A DNA stretch of 64,000 nt, taken from contig NC_043017.1 of NCBI RefSeq assembly GCF_006345805.1, positions 16,988,001 to 17,052,000 on the forward strand, in the 5' to 3' direction. Positions 1 through 12,097 of the stretch are shown here, one piece after another. The DNA is from Octopus sinensis (lineage: Eukaryota). The translations under genes and the position numbers were made by a program. The notes beneath the pieces were generated by a model. It was not told the origin of the DNA, ran no database searches, and saw only the letters and a program-made list of their open reading frames with translations. Positions within the stretch are counted from its first letter, which is position 1. Each line of letters starts with the position of its first letter.

Positions 1-1675
1 ATGTATATACTTATATACATATGTATATACATATATATATGTATATACATATATACATATGTATCTACATATATATATGTATATATATATATATATATAT
101 ATGTATATACATATATATATGTATATACATATACATATATACATATGTATATACATATATATACATATGTATATACATATATACATATGTACATATGTAT
201 ATACATATATACATACATATGTATATACATATATACATATGTATATACATATATACATACATATGTATATACATATATACATACATATGTATATACATAT
301 ATACATATGTATATACATATATACATATGTATATACATATGTATATACATATATACATATGTATATACATATGTATATACATATGTATATACATATGTAT
401 ATACATACATATGTATATACATATACACATATGTATATACATATACACATATGTATATACATATATACATATGTATATACATATGTATATACATATATAC
501 ATATGTATATACATATATACATATGTATATACATATATACATATGTATATACATATATACATATGTATATACATATATACATATGTATATACATATATAC
601 ATATGTATATACATATATACATATGTATATACATATATACATATGTATATACATATCTACACTTGTATATACTTATATACATATGTATATACATATATAT
701 ATGTATATATATATGTATATACATATCTGTATATACATATATACATATGTATATACATATATATATACATATATATATACATATGTATATACATATATAT
801 ATACATATGTATATACATATATACATATATATATACATATGTATATACATATATACATATGTATATACATATGTATATACATATATACATATGTATATAC
901 ATATGTATATACATATGTATATACATATGTACATATGTATATACATATGTATATACATATGTACATATGTATATACATATGTATATACGTATGTACATAT
1001 GTATATACATATGTATATACATATGTACATATGTATATACATATGTACATATGTATATACATATGTACATATGTATATACATATGTATATACATATGTAC
1101 ATATGTATATACATATGTATATACATATGTACATATGTATATACATATGTATATACATATGTACATATGTATATACATATGTACATATGTATATACATAT
1201 GTATGTACATATGTATATACATATGTATATACATATGTACATATGTATATACATATATACATATGTATATACATATATACATATGTATATACATATATAC
1301 ATATGTATATACATATATACATATGTATATACATATATACATATGTATATACATATATACATATATACATACGTATATACATATGTGCATACGTATATAC
1401 ATATATACATACGTATATACATATATGTATATACATATATATGTATACATATATATGTATATACATATATATTTATGTATATACATATATATAAATATAT
1501 ATATATGTATATGCATATATACATATATACATATGTATATGCATATATACATATATATATATGTATATGCATATATACATATATATATATGTATATGCAT
1601 ATATACATATATATATATGCATATATATATATATATGTATATACATATATATAAATATTCATATATATATATATA
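1..1675. repeat. (TA)-rich compound microsatellite, main unit TATATACATATG-like
   Basis: Near-continuous alternating purine/pyrimidine tract of TA, CA and TG dinucleotides; produces stop-free artefact ORFs. Confidence 0.95.
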
Positions 1676-2977
1676 TGTACGAACAGCCATGCTACATGGC
1701 AGTGAAACATGGGCCGTGACTGCCGAGGACATGCGTAAGCTCGTGAGGAATGAAGCCAGTATGCTCCGATGGATGTGTAATGTCAGTGTACATACTCGAC
1801 TGAGCGTTAGCACCTTGAGAGAAATGTTGTACCTAAGAAGCATCAGTTGTGGTGTGCAAGAGAGACGATTGCGCTGGTATGGTCATGTGGCGAGAATGGA
1901 TGAAGATAGGTGTGTGAGAAAGTGCCAATCCTTAGCAGTTGAGGGAACCCGTGGAAGAGGTAGACCCAGGAAAACCTGGGACGAGGTGGTGAAGCACGAC
2001 CTTCGAACTTTAGGCCTCACTGAGGAAATGACCAGCGACCGAGACCTTTGGAAATATTCTGTACGTGAGAAGACCAGGCAGGACAAGTGAGCCCAGCCCA
2101 CTTATGAATGCCTTTCCTCCCTTGGACACAAAGACCTGTTGAGGCAAGCGAAGTCGATATAGAACCTCATCCGACGACAGGCACCCATGCCAACCCCCTT
2201 TGCTTGCGAAGATATGTTGGGGCAAGCGAAATCGAAATCGAAGTCAAAATCGAATTGAACCAGCCAGGATCCCTGGTCTGGTGGTACGTAAGAAGCACTA
2301 TCCGACTCGTGGCCGATGCCAGCGCCGCCTCTACTGGCTTCCGTGCCGGTGGCACGTAAAATACACCAATCTGACCGTACGACAGGCACCCATGCCAACC
2401 CCCTTGCTTGCGAAGACATGTTGGGGCAAGCGAAATCGAATTGAACCAGCCAGGTTCCCTGGTCTGGTGGTACGTAAAAAGCACTATCCGACTCGTGGCC
2501 GATGCCAGCGCCGCCTCCACCGGCTTCCGTGCCGGTGGTACGTAAAATACACCAATCTGACCGTACAACAGGCACCCATGCCAACCCCCTTGCTTGCGAA
2601 GACATGTTGGGGCAAGCGAAATCGAAATCGAATTGAACCAGCCAGGATCCCTGGTCTGGTGGTACGTAAAAAGCACCATCTGACTCGTGGCCGATGCCAG
2701 CACCGCCTCGTCTGGCTTCCGTGCCGGTGGCACATAAAATACACCAATCCGACCGTGGCCGTTGCCAGCCTTGCCTGGCACCTGTGCAGGTGGCACGTAA
2801 AAAGCACCCACTACACTCACGGAGTGGTTGGCGTTAGGAAGGGCATCCAGCTGTAGAAACACTGCCAGATAAGACTGGAGCCTGGTGCAGCCTTCTGGCT
2901 TCCCAGATCCCTGGTCGAACCGTCCAACCCATGCTAGCATGGAGAACGGACGTTAAACGATGATGATGATGATGATG
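1676..2977 (+). mobile_element. 5'-truncated RTE-clade LINE (ORF C-terminus plus 3' UTR with tandem modules and (GAT)n tail)
   Basis: Translation [15 protein letters not shown]...[15 protein letters not shown]...[13 protein letters not shown]...RQDK* (stop at 2090). Tail CCATGCTAGCATGGAGAACGGACGTTAAACGATGATGATG. Near-identical to the minus-strand copy at 46.3-48.3 kb. Confidence 0.92.
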
Positions 2978-3677
2978 CATATATATATATATGTATATAC
3001 ATATATATAAATATACATATATATATATGTATATACATATATATAAATATACATATATATATATGTATATACATATATATATAATATATATATATATATG
3101 TATATACATATATACATATGTATATACATATATATAAATATACATATATATATATGTATATACATATATATATAAATATACATATATATATATGTATATA
3201 CATATATATAAATATATATTATATATGTATATACATATATATATAAATATATATATATATGTATATACATATATACATATGTATACATATATATAAATAT
3301 ACATATATATCCATATACATATATATATATGTATATACATATGTATATACATATATATATATATATATTTACATATATACACGTATATATATATATTTAC
3401 ATATATACATATATATATATATATTTACATATATACATATATATATATATATTTACATATATACATATATATATGTATTTACATATATACATATATATAT
3501 GTATATACATATATATATATATATTTACATATATATATGTATATATGTATATATATATGTATATACATATATACATATATATATATATTTACATATATAT
3601 ATGTATATATGTATATATATATATGTATATACATATATACATATATATATATATTTACATATATACATATATATATG

Positions 3678-3708
<31 letters not shown>

Positions 3709-3824
3709 TATATATGTATATATATGTATATACATATATACATATATATATATATTTACATATATATATGTATATATGTATATACATATATATATATATA
3801 TTTACATATATACATATATATATG

Positions 3825-3857
<33 letters not shown>

Positions 3858-4304
3858 GTATATATGTATATATATATGTATATACATATATACATATATA
3901 TATATTTACATATATACATATATATATGTATATATGTATATATATATGTATATAGATATATATATGTATATATGTATATATATATGTATATACATATATA
4001 TATATATATGTATATATATATGTATATACATATATATATATGTATATATATATGTATATACATATATATATATATATGTATATATATATGTAATACATAT
4101 ATATATATATATGTATATATATATGTATATACATATATATATGTATATATATGTATATACATATATATATGTATATATATATGTATATACATATATATAT
4201 GTATATATATATGTATATACATATATATATACATATATATATATATATATGTATATATATATGTATATACATATATGCATATATATATATATTTACATAT
4301 ATAC

Positions 4305-4352
<48 letters not shown>
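2978..4352. repeat. (TA)-rich compound microsatellite
   Basis: TATATACA / TATATTTACA variants between the RTE tail and a CR1 5' end. Confidence 0.95.
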
Positions 4353-4355
<3 letters not shown>

Positions 4356-7300
4356 GCAGACCTGGCTACAAACACAAAGCTGGAACTACCACCACATATG
4401 GCCACCACCAACAGATGCAGGATGGCCACCACAGACACCAACACACACACTGCAAAAATATTTCTACTGAACATAGGAGGGCTGCTGTGTGGCAACTGTA
4501 AAAGGAAAATCTCATTCCTGAGAGACCTTGTGGCATGCAATCAAGCTATATGCATGGCACTCATAGAAATGCATCTTGGACCCAATATAGGAGATGCAGA
4601 AATACACATGTCGCAATATGCTGTCATACGCTCAGACAGAAAAGTGAGGAGCCATGGTGGAGTTGCAATGTACATCCGAGATGACCTCACGCCCCAGGTC
4701 CTGTTGTCATATTCAAACTCAGTGTGTGACACTCAAATTGTACACATAAGACGACTGAATATCATCATATGTACTACGTATCGCCCACCGGATGCCCCAA
4801 ATCACTCAGGCATGTTTGAAGACTGCCTAACAAAAATAGAAGTTCTCACCAACATGGAGCAACACAACAGTGTATTCTTCATGGGTGACTTTAACTTCCC
4901 CAATGTGGAATGGCCTGGTGGGGCAGATGCTCCCAGGGATGACACACGATCAGCAGGCACAGGCAGAGTCCCTGCTCCATCTCACAAATGCCTCTTTCTT
5001 GGAGCAAATAGTGCTGCAACCAACAAGGGCAGATAATATACTGGATCTCTGCTTCACAAACAATATGGATATTATCCATAATGTTAAAGTGATGCCGACA
5101 ACGATCTCGGATGACAACATAATAGAGCTGTCTATGTATGGACCAAAAGTCCCCACAGACACACAGCCTATACGAAGCATCCACAATCTCTCCAACTTAA
5201 ACTTTCATAAAGCAAACTGGAAGTTGATCGAGAAAGAGATCCTCAAACAAGATTGGCCTAAATGTCTCTCCACACTGAACATTAACATGAAACACAAACG
5301 CTTCATGTCCATAATACAAGCCATATGTGACAAATATGTCCCAGTGTGCAGGGCCAGCACACACAAAAACAAAAACAGGATCCCTAGAGAAAGGAAGATT
5401 CTTATGAGACAACAGACAAGGATTGCGAACTGCCTGAGCAAACACATCAAAAGTGGTGAGAAGTCTCGGCTCGAGAGAATGCTAATGGAAACTGAGAAAA
5501 GTCTGCATCAATCTCATGAAAAGGAGAGAGCAGATACAGAAGCTTGGGTAATAGAAAATATAAAGTCAAACCCTAAAGCTTTCTTTAAGTTTGCCAAAGA
5601 GACAGCCACAGTGCACCAGAGAATTGGACCTCTCTTCTAAAAAGATGGCTCTCTCACAGGAAATCCCACGAGGATAATTGAAATACTGAATGAACAGTTC
5701 CAAAGTGTGTTTACTACACCTCTAGGACACAGGCGAGTAAACAACCCAGAAGAATTCTTTGCCACTTTACCTGCAGCCAATGAGGCAAAAAAAATTGAGC
5801 ACATCAACATTGAAGATGATGATATCACACTCGCCCTAGATGAGATTGACACAAACTCAGCTGCTGGACCTGATGGATTTCCAGCGATCCTTCTCAAATC
5901 GTGCAAACGAGTCCTTGCAAAACCGCTACAGCTTCTTTTTCAGAGCTTTCTTTCAAGTGGTAAGCTCCCAGTCAAATTGAAAGAGGAGGTAATATGCCCT
6001 ATCCATAAGGGAGGAAGCAGAGCAGATGCTAAAAATTATAGGCCTATCTCTCTGACCTCACACATCGTCCGCAAGAATCTAATCATGTTCCTTGAAGAAA
6101 ATGACTTGCTGACTGACACCCAGCATGGATTTCGACCAGGTAGAAGCTGCCTAACACAGCTCCTGCAACACTATGACTGGGTGTTAAAACCGCTACTAAA
6201 TGGCTCAAATGTGGATTTGATAAAGTCGACCACAGTATGATTTGTCACACTGCGTGGTCTCGGCATAGGTGGAAAACTTGGAGAGTGGCTGCACAACTTC
6301 CTAAAAGATAGGCAGTTGTGACCAATGGAGCCACCTCCAGGGAAACACAAATAACAAGCGGTGTTCCACAGGGCACTGTCTTGGGGCCACTGCTGTTCAT
6401 AGTGGCCCTTTCAGACATGCCCTCAGTTGCTAAGATGGCCACCCTTGCCAGCTATGCAGATGAACAAAAGTCTCCCACACAATGCAAAACATTGGAAATA
6501 TTGCACATCTGCAACAGGAGTTGGATACAATACACAGGTAGGGTGAGGACAACAACATGCAGTTTAATGCAGGTAAATTCCAGGCCCTGCGCTACCGACA
6601 CACAACAGTAAACGACATGCAGACTGGATACACTGGCCCGGGAAGAATTGCAATCCCTGAGTCAAAATCAGTGCATGACCTGGGCATTGACATGAGCAAT
6701 GATGCATCTTTCCAAGTGCATATTACTAATTTGGTGATAAAATGCAGACGGCTAGCTGGATGGATTCTCCGAACTTTCAGAACAAGAGAGAAGGAGACAC
6801 TGATGGTCCTGTGGAAAACTTTCATCCTCAGATGCTTGGACTACTGCTACCAACTATGGTCACCACATAATATAAAACTAACAGCAGAACTCAAAGCAAT
6901 TCAAAGAAGCTACACAAAGAAGATTGTCTCAATGCAACATATCAGCTACTGGGAAAGACTGAAAGTATTGAAACTCTTCTCCCTAGAGTGAAGGCGGGAG
7001 TGAGATGTGATGATATACATCTGGAAAATCTTGAAGAGTCTTGTCCCAAACTTTGGCATTCAAAGTTACCCCAACATAAGAACGGGGCGCCACAGCATGG
7101 TGCCAAAGATTTCAACATCACCATCAAAATACAGGACCAGATACTGCAACAGCTTGGGTTTCAGAGGACCACAGCTCTTCAACAGCCTCCCTAAATGCCT
7201 GAGAGACTTGCATGGTGTGGATGTGGGTTTCTTTAAAACTAAACTGGATCTCTTCTTGTCGGGGTCCCAGATGAACCTACCTCACGACAGGAGACACAGA

Positions 7301-7408
7301 AGCAGGCAGCGGCATCGAACTCCCTTGTTGACCATTGCCAGTATCAGAGGTGGATTCACATATTAGTGTAGCATCAATTCACAGTGGTGTCCCCGCATGG
7401 GCCACAGC
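4353..7408 (+). mobile_element. CR1-clade LINE, ORF2 (APE endonuclease plus RT) with frameshifts, reaching the 3' end
   Basis: EN motifs [38 protein letters not shown]; RT motifs NYRPISLTS, QHGFRPGRSCLTQLL, SGVPQGTVLGPLLF, YAD; tail GTGGTGTCCCCGCATGGGCCACAGC. Confidence 0.9.
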
Positions 7409-7445
7409 ATATATACTTACGGTACTGTAAACATTATTATATAGG

Positions 7446-7480
<35 letters not shown>

Positions 7481-7481
7481 A

Positions 7482-7581
7482 NNNNNNNNNNNNNNNNNNN
7501 NNNNNNNNNNNNNNNNNNNNNNNNNNNNNNNNNNNNNNNNNNNNNNNNNNNNNNNNNNNNNNNNNNNNNNNNNNNNNNNNN
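7482..7581. other. Assembly gap (100 N)
   Basis: Run of exactly 100 N; true length unknown. Confidence 1.
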
Positions 7582-9631
7582 AGCAGTGAAGAGTCCCGCC
7601 TGAAAATAAAACTGTTGGAAATTGAAAAATGTCTGCAACTCTCCATGAAAAGGAAAGAGCAGACAAAGAAGCCTGGGCTATGGACAACATAAAAACAAAC
7701 CCCAGAGCTTTCTACAGGTATGCCAAAGAAACAGCTAAGTACACTGTAGGATAGGGCCACTCCTTGAAAAGGATGGCACACTCACAGAAAACCAAAGAGG
7801 GTAAGTGGTAAGTGAAATACTGAATGAGCATTTCAAGAGTGTTTTCACTCCACCCCTTGGGCATTTCCAAATCACCAATCCAACTGACTTCTTTACCACT
7901 GCAGATATAAAATCAGAGGCGGCGACGATAAATTACATCGATATAAAGGAAGACGATATAATAAAGGCTATAGATGAAATGAAAAACAGACTCAGCTATT
8001 GGCCCCGATGGATTCCGGCAATCCTCCTAAAAGTATGTAAGAGAGTCCTAGCAAGACCACTGCAGTTCCTCTTTCAGAGCTTCCTTGCAGCTGGCAAACT
8101 TCCAAGAAAACTGAAGGAAGGTAAAATATGCCCTATTCATAAAGGAGGTAGCAGAGCGGAGGCCAAGAACTACAGACCTATCTCTCTCACCTCACACATC
8201 AGCAAGGTCATGGAACGAATAGTCAGGAGGAAACTAATCACCTTCCTTGAAGAAAATGACTTGCTGTCTGACACCAACATGGTTTCCGACCAGGAAGAAG
8301 CGCTTAACTCAGCTCCTACAACACTATGACTGGGTGCTGAAACAACTGCTCAACCACTCAAATGTGGAAGTCATATATCTCGACTTTGCAAAGGCCTTTG
8401 ATAAAGTCGATCACGGAATGATATGTCACAAACTGCGCGATCTTGGCATAGTTGGAAAATTGGGAGAATGGCTTCATGACTTTCTGAAGAATAGAAGTCA
8501 GGTGGTAACAGCCAATGGGGCCACTTCCATTAACACGCAAATAATGAGCGGTGTTCCGCAGGGCACTGTTTTGGGACCACTACTGTTCATAATGGCCCTC
8601 TCAGACATGCCCTCAGCCACGCTGAGAGCTACGATCACAAGTTATGCAGATGATACAAAAGTTTCACAGGCAATACAGAACCCTGAGGACACTAAGCACC
8701 TGCAATGTGAGCTGGACAAAATATACAAGTGGGCTGAAAAGAATAGCATGCAGTTCAATGCTGAAAAGTTTCAAGCTTTATGCTATCAGCATGCAAAACT
8801 AAATGCAATACCCAATGAACACACTGGACCCGGAGGGATTGCAATCCCAGAGGCACAATCAGTGCGTGACCTGGGTATTCACATGAGTGATGACGCGACC
8901 TTTCATGTACATGTTGCTAAACTGGCAATGAAATGTAGACGGCTGGCTGGATGGATTCTTAGAACCTTTAGAACAAGAGAACAAGAAACCATGATGGTCC
9001 TCTGGAAGACACTTGCCCTAAGCCACTTTGACTATTGCTCTCAGCTATGGTCACCAGCCAGTGTCAAGTTGATCACAAACTTGAGGCGATCCAACGAAGC
9101 TACACGAGAAGATAGCCTCTGTGCAGCATATGAGCTACTGGGAAAGACTCAAGAGATTAAAGCTCTATTCCCTGGAGCATAGGCGAGAAAGATATGCCAT
9201 AATATATATCTGGAAGATCCTGGAAGACTTGTCCCAGACTTGGCATCGAGAGTCACACAAATGCCAGAACCGGACGCCACTGCGTAGTACCAAGGACTCC
9301 AAATTTGCCATCAAGATGTAGGACAAGATATTGTGATAGCCTGGGCTTCAGAGGCCCACAGCTCTTCAATATCCTCCCGAAGAACCTGAGGACCTGCATG
9401 TGTAGATGCGGATGTCTTTAAAGTTGGACTGGATCTCTTCCTGTCAGGTGTCCCGGATGAACCAACTTCACGGCAGGAGGTGCAGATGAGGGCAGCTGCA
9501 TCGAACTCTCTCATGCATCAGATGGCGTTTGCTAAAAAGCATCCGTGAGGTAAAATCGTGTAGCAAACCAAATGGTGGTGCCCCAGCATGGCCACAGCTC
9601 ATTAGCTGAAACTGGAAAAATCAAAATCATC
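7582..9631 (+). mobile_element. CR1-clade LINE, RT half with intact 3' end; 5' part lost in the gap
   Basis: NYRPISLTSHISKVMERIV, DFAKAFDKVDH, SGVPQGTVLGPLLF, YADDTK; tail GGTGGTGCCCCAGCATGGCCACAGCTCATTAGCTGAAAC followed by short AATC-like repeats. Confidence 0.9.
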
Positions 9632-9805
9632 ATATATATGTATATACATATATATACATATATATATATGTATATACATATATATACATATATACATATA
9701 TATATATATATGTATATACATATATACATATAGTATATGTATGTACATATATAGTATATACATATATACATATATGTATATACATATATACATATATATA
9801 TATAT

Positions 9806-10119
9806 GATTGATTGATTCTAGTTTCAGCTTATGAGCTGTGGCCATGCTGGGGCACCGCCATTTGTGTTGCTACTTGGTTTCACTTCATGAAGGCTTTCTA
9901 GCAACTGCTATTTGGTGCATGAGAGAGTTCGATGCAGCTGCCCTCATCTGCCTCCTGCGTGAAGTTGGTTCATCTGGACACCTGACGGAAGAGATCCAGC
10001 TTCATTTTAAAGACCTGTATCCACCCCATGCAGGTCTCTCAGGTTCTTCGGGAGGAGATTGAAGAGCTGTGGGCCTCGGAAGCCCAGGCTATCACAGAAT
10101 CTTGTCCTACATCTTGATG
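9806..10119 (-). mobile_element. CR1 3'-end fragment, same family as 7582-9631, inverted
   Basis: Reverse complement aligns to about 9310-9630 (CATCAAGATGTAGGACAAGAT...CCCCAGCATGGCCACAGCTC...GCTGAAAC) and ends in (AATC)n. Confidence 0.88.
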
Positions 10120-10190
10120 TATACATACATGTATATATGTATATACATTATATACATAATATATGTATGTATATACATATATATCTATTA

Positions 10191-10432
10191 CCGGAGTAAC
10201 ACATAATGTGAAACAAGGTGGAAAAGAGAACTCAAATACAGTGGTAGAGTAATATGCTTTATTTAAAGCAGCAGAAAATTCAACAAAATCTGTTACTCTG
10301 AGTTTCTCGTTGCCGTTCATCAGACAGTTTTTGCTAGCAAAAACTGTCTGATGAACGGCAACTGTCTGTGAACGGCAACGAGAAACTCAGATAACAGATT
10401 TTGTTGAATTTTCTGCTGCTTAAAATAAAGTA
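10191..10432. mobile_element. Palindromic element, probable Penelope-like (PLE) inverted pseudo-LTR fragment
   Basis: Inverted arms 10257-10335 / 10336-10430 centred on GCTAGC; each arm holds a hammerhead core, with AATAAA about 25 nt downstream. The PLE class assignment is inference. Confidence 0.65.
10284..10334 (-). ncRNA. Minimal type I hammerhead ribozyme motif
   Basis: Minus strand reads gcaaaaa CUGU-CUGAUGA-A CG GCAA CG A-GAAA-CU CAG AG-UA-ACAG auuuug. Stem I CUGU/ACAG with extension, core CUGAUGA and GAAA, short stem III, GUA cleavage triplet. There is an A.A mismatch at the base of stem II. Confidence 0.7.
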
Positions 10433-11105
10433 TATATATATATCTATTATATATATATACATATGTTATAATATGTCTATACATATGTATATATATGTAT
10501 ATTACATATGTATATATATGTATTACATATGTATATATATGTATATACATATTATATATATATTATATACATATATATATATATTATATATATGTATAAT
10601 ATATGTATATACATATAGATATATGTATATACATATATATAATATATGTATATATACATATATATATATATGTATATATATATGTATTACATATGTATAT
10701 ATATGTATATACATATGTAAATATGTATGTATATATATATATAGTATGTATATATATATATATATATGTATATTATATATATATATATTGTATATATATC
10801 TTATATATATATATACATATAATATCATAGTATATATTATACTATATATATTATATATGTATATATTACATATATATATATATATGATATACATATATAT
10901 ATATATATGTATATACATATATGTATATACATATATATATATATATATGTATATACATATATTATACATATATGTATCTACATATATATATGTATACATA
11001 TATATAATACTATATATATGTATATACTATATATAATATATATATGTATATACATATATATCTATATATATATATATATATGTATTACATATATATATAT
11101 ATATG

Positions 11106-11145
<40 letters not shown>

Positions 11146-11298
11146 CATATATATATATATGTATATACATATATATATATATATGTATATACATATACAT
11201 ATATATATATATGTATATACATACAATATATATATATATGTATATACTATATATACATATATATATATATGTATATACATATACTATATGTATATATG

Positions 11299-11336
<38 letters not shown>

Positions 11337-11432
11337 CATATATGTATATATATGTATATACATATACATATATGTATATATATGTATATACTATATATAT
11401 ATATGTATATATATGTATATACATATACATAT
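10433..11432. repeat. (TA)-rich microsatellite
   Basis: Direct inspection. Confidence 0.93.
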
Positions 11433-11798
11433 CTCTTTCTCTTTCTCTTTTACTTGTTTCAGTCATTTGACTGCGGCCATGCTGGAGCACCGCCTTTATC
11501 GAGCAACTCGACCCCCGACTTATTCTTTGTAAGCCAGTATTATTCATCGGTCTCTTTTTTGCCGAACCGCTAAGTGACGGGGACGTAAACACACCAGCAT
11601 CGGTTGTCAAGCAATGCTAGGGGAACAAACACAGACACACAAACAAACACAGTTTCCGTCTACCAAATCCACTCACAAGGCATTGGTCGGCCCGGGGCTA
11701 TAGCAGAAGACACTTGCCCAAGATGCCACGCAGTGGGACTGAACCCGGAACCATGTGGTTGGTTAGCAAGCTACTTACCACACAGCCACTCCTGCGCC
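11433..11798 (-). mobile_element. SINE family A (tRNA-like head, CR1-like tail), internal microsatellite deleted
   Basis: Reverse complement begins GGCGCAGGAGTGGCTGTGTGG (A box), has GGTTCAGTCC (B box) and ends GTGCTCCAGCATGGCCGCAGTCAAATGACTGAAAC. Confidence 0.9.
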
Positions 11799-12097
11799 TA
11801 TATATATACATATATATACATATATATATATATATATGTATATACATCTATGTATATGTATATACATATATGTATATACATATACATATGTATATACATA
11901 TATGTATATACATATGTATATACATATATGTATATACATATATATATACATATATGTATATACATGTATATACATATATATATATACATATATGTATATA
12001 CATATATATATACATATATATATTTACATATGTATATACATATATATTTATGTGTATATACATATATATATGTATATACATATATATTTACATATGT

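Noticed and set aside
1-4352. Very long Y/I/H/M/C-rich ORFs (up to 689 aa), and similar ones at 10.4-12.1, 44.2-45.2, 48.7-49.9 and 62.8-63.8 kb
   Set aside because: TA/CA/TG microsatellites lack stop codons in several frames on both strands; these are translation artefacts.
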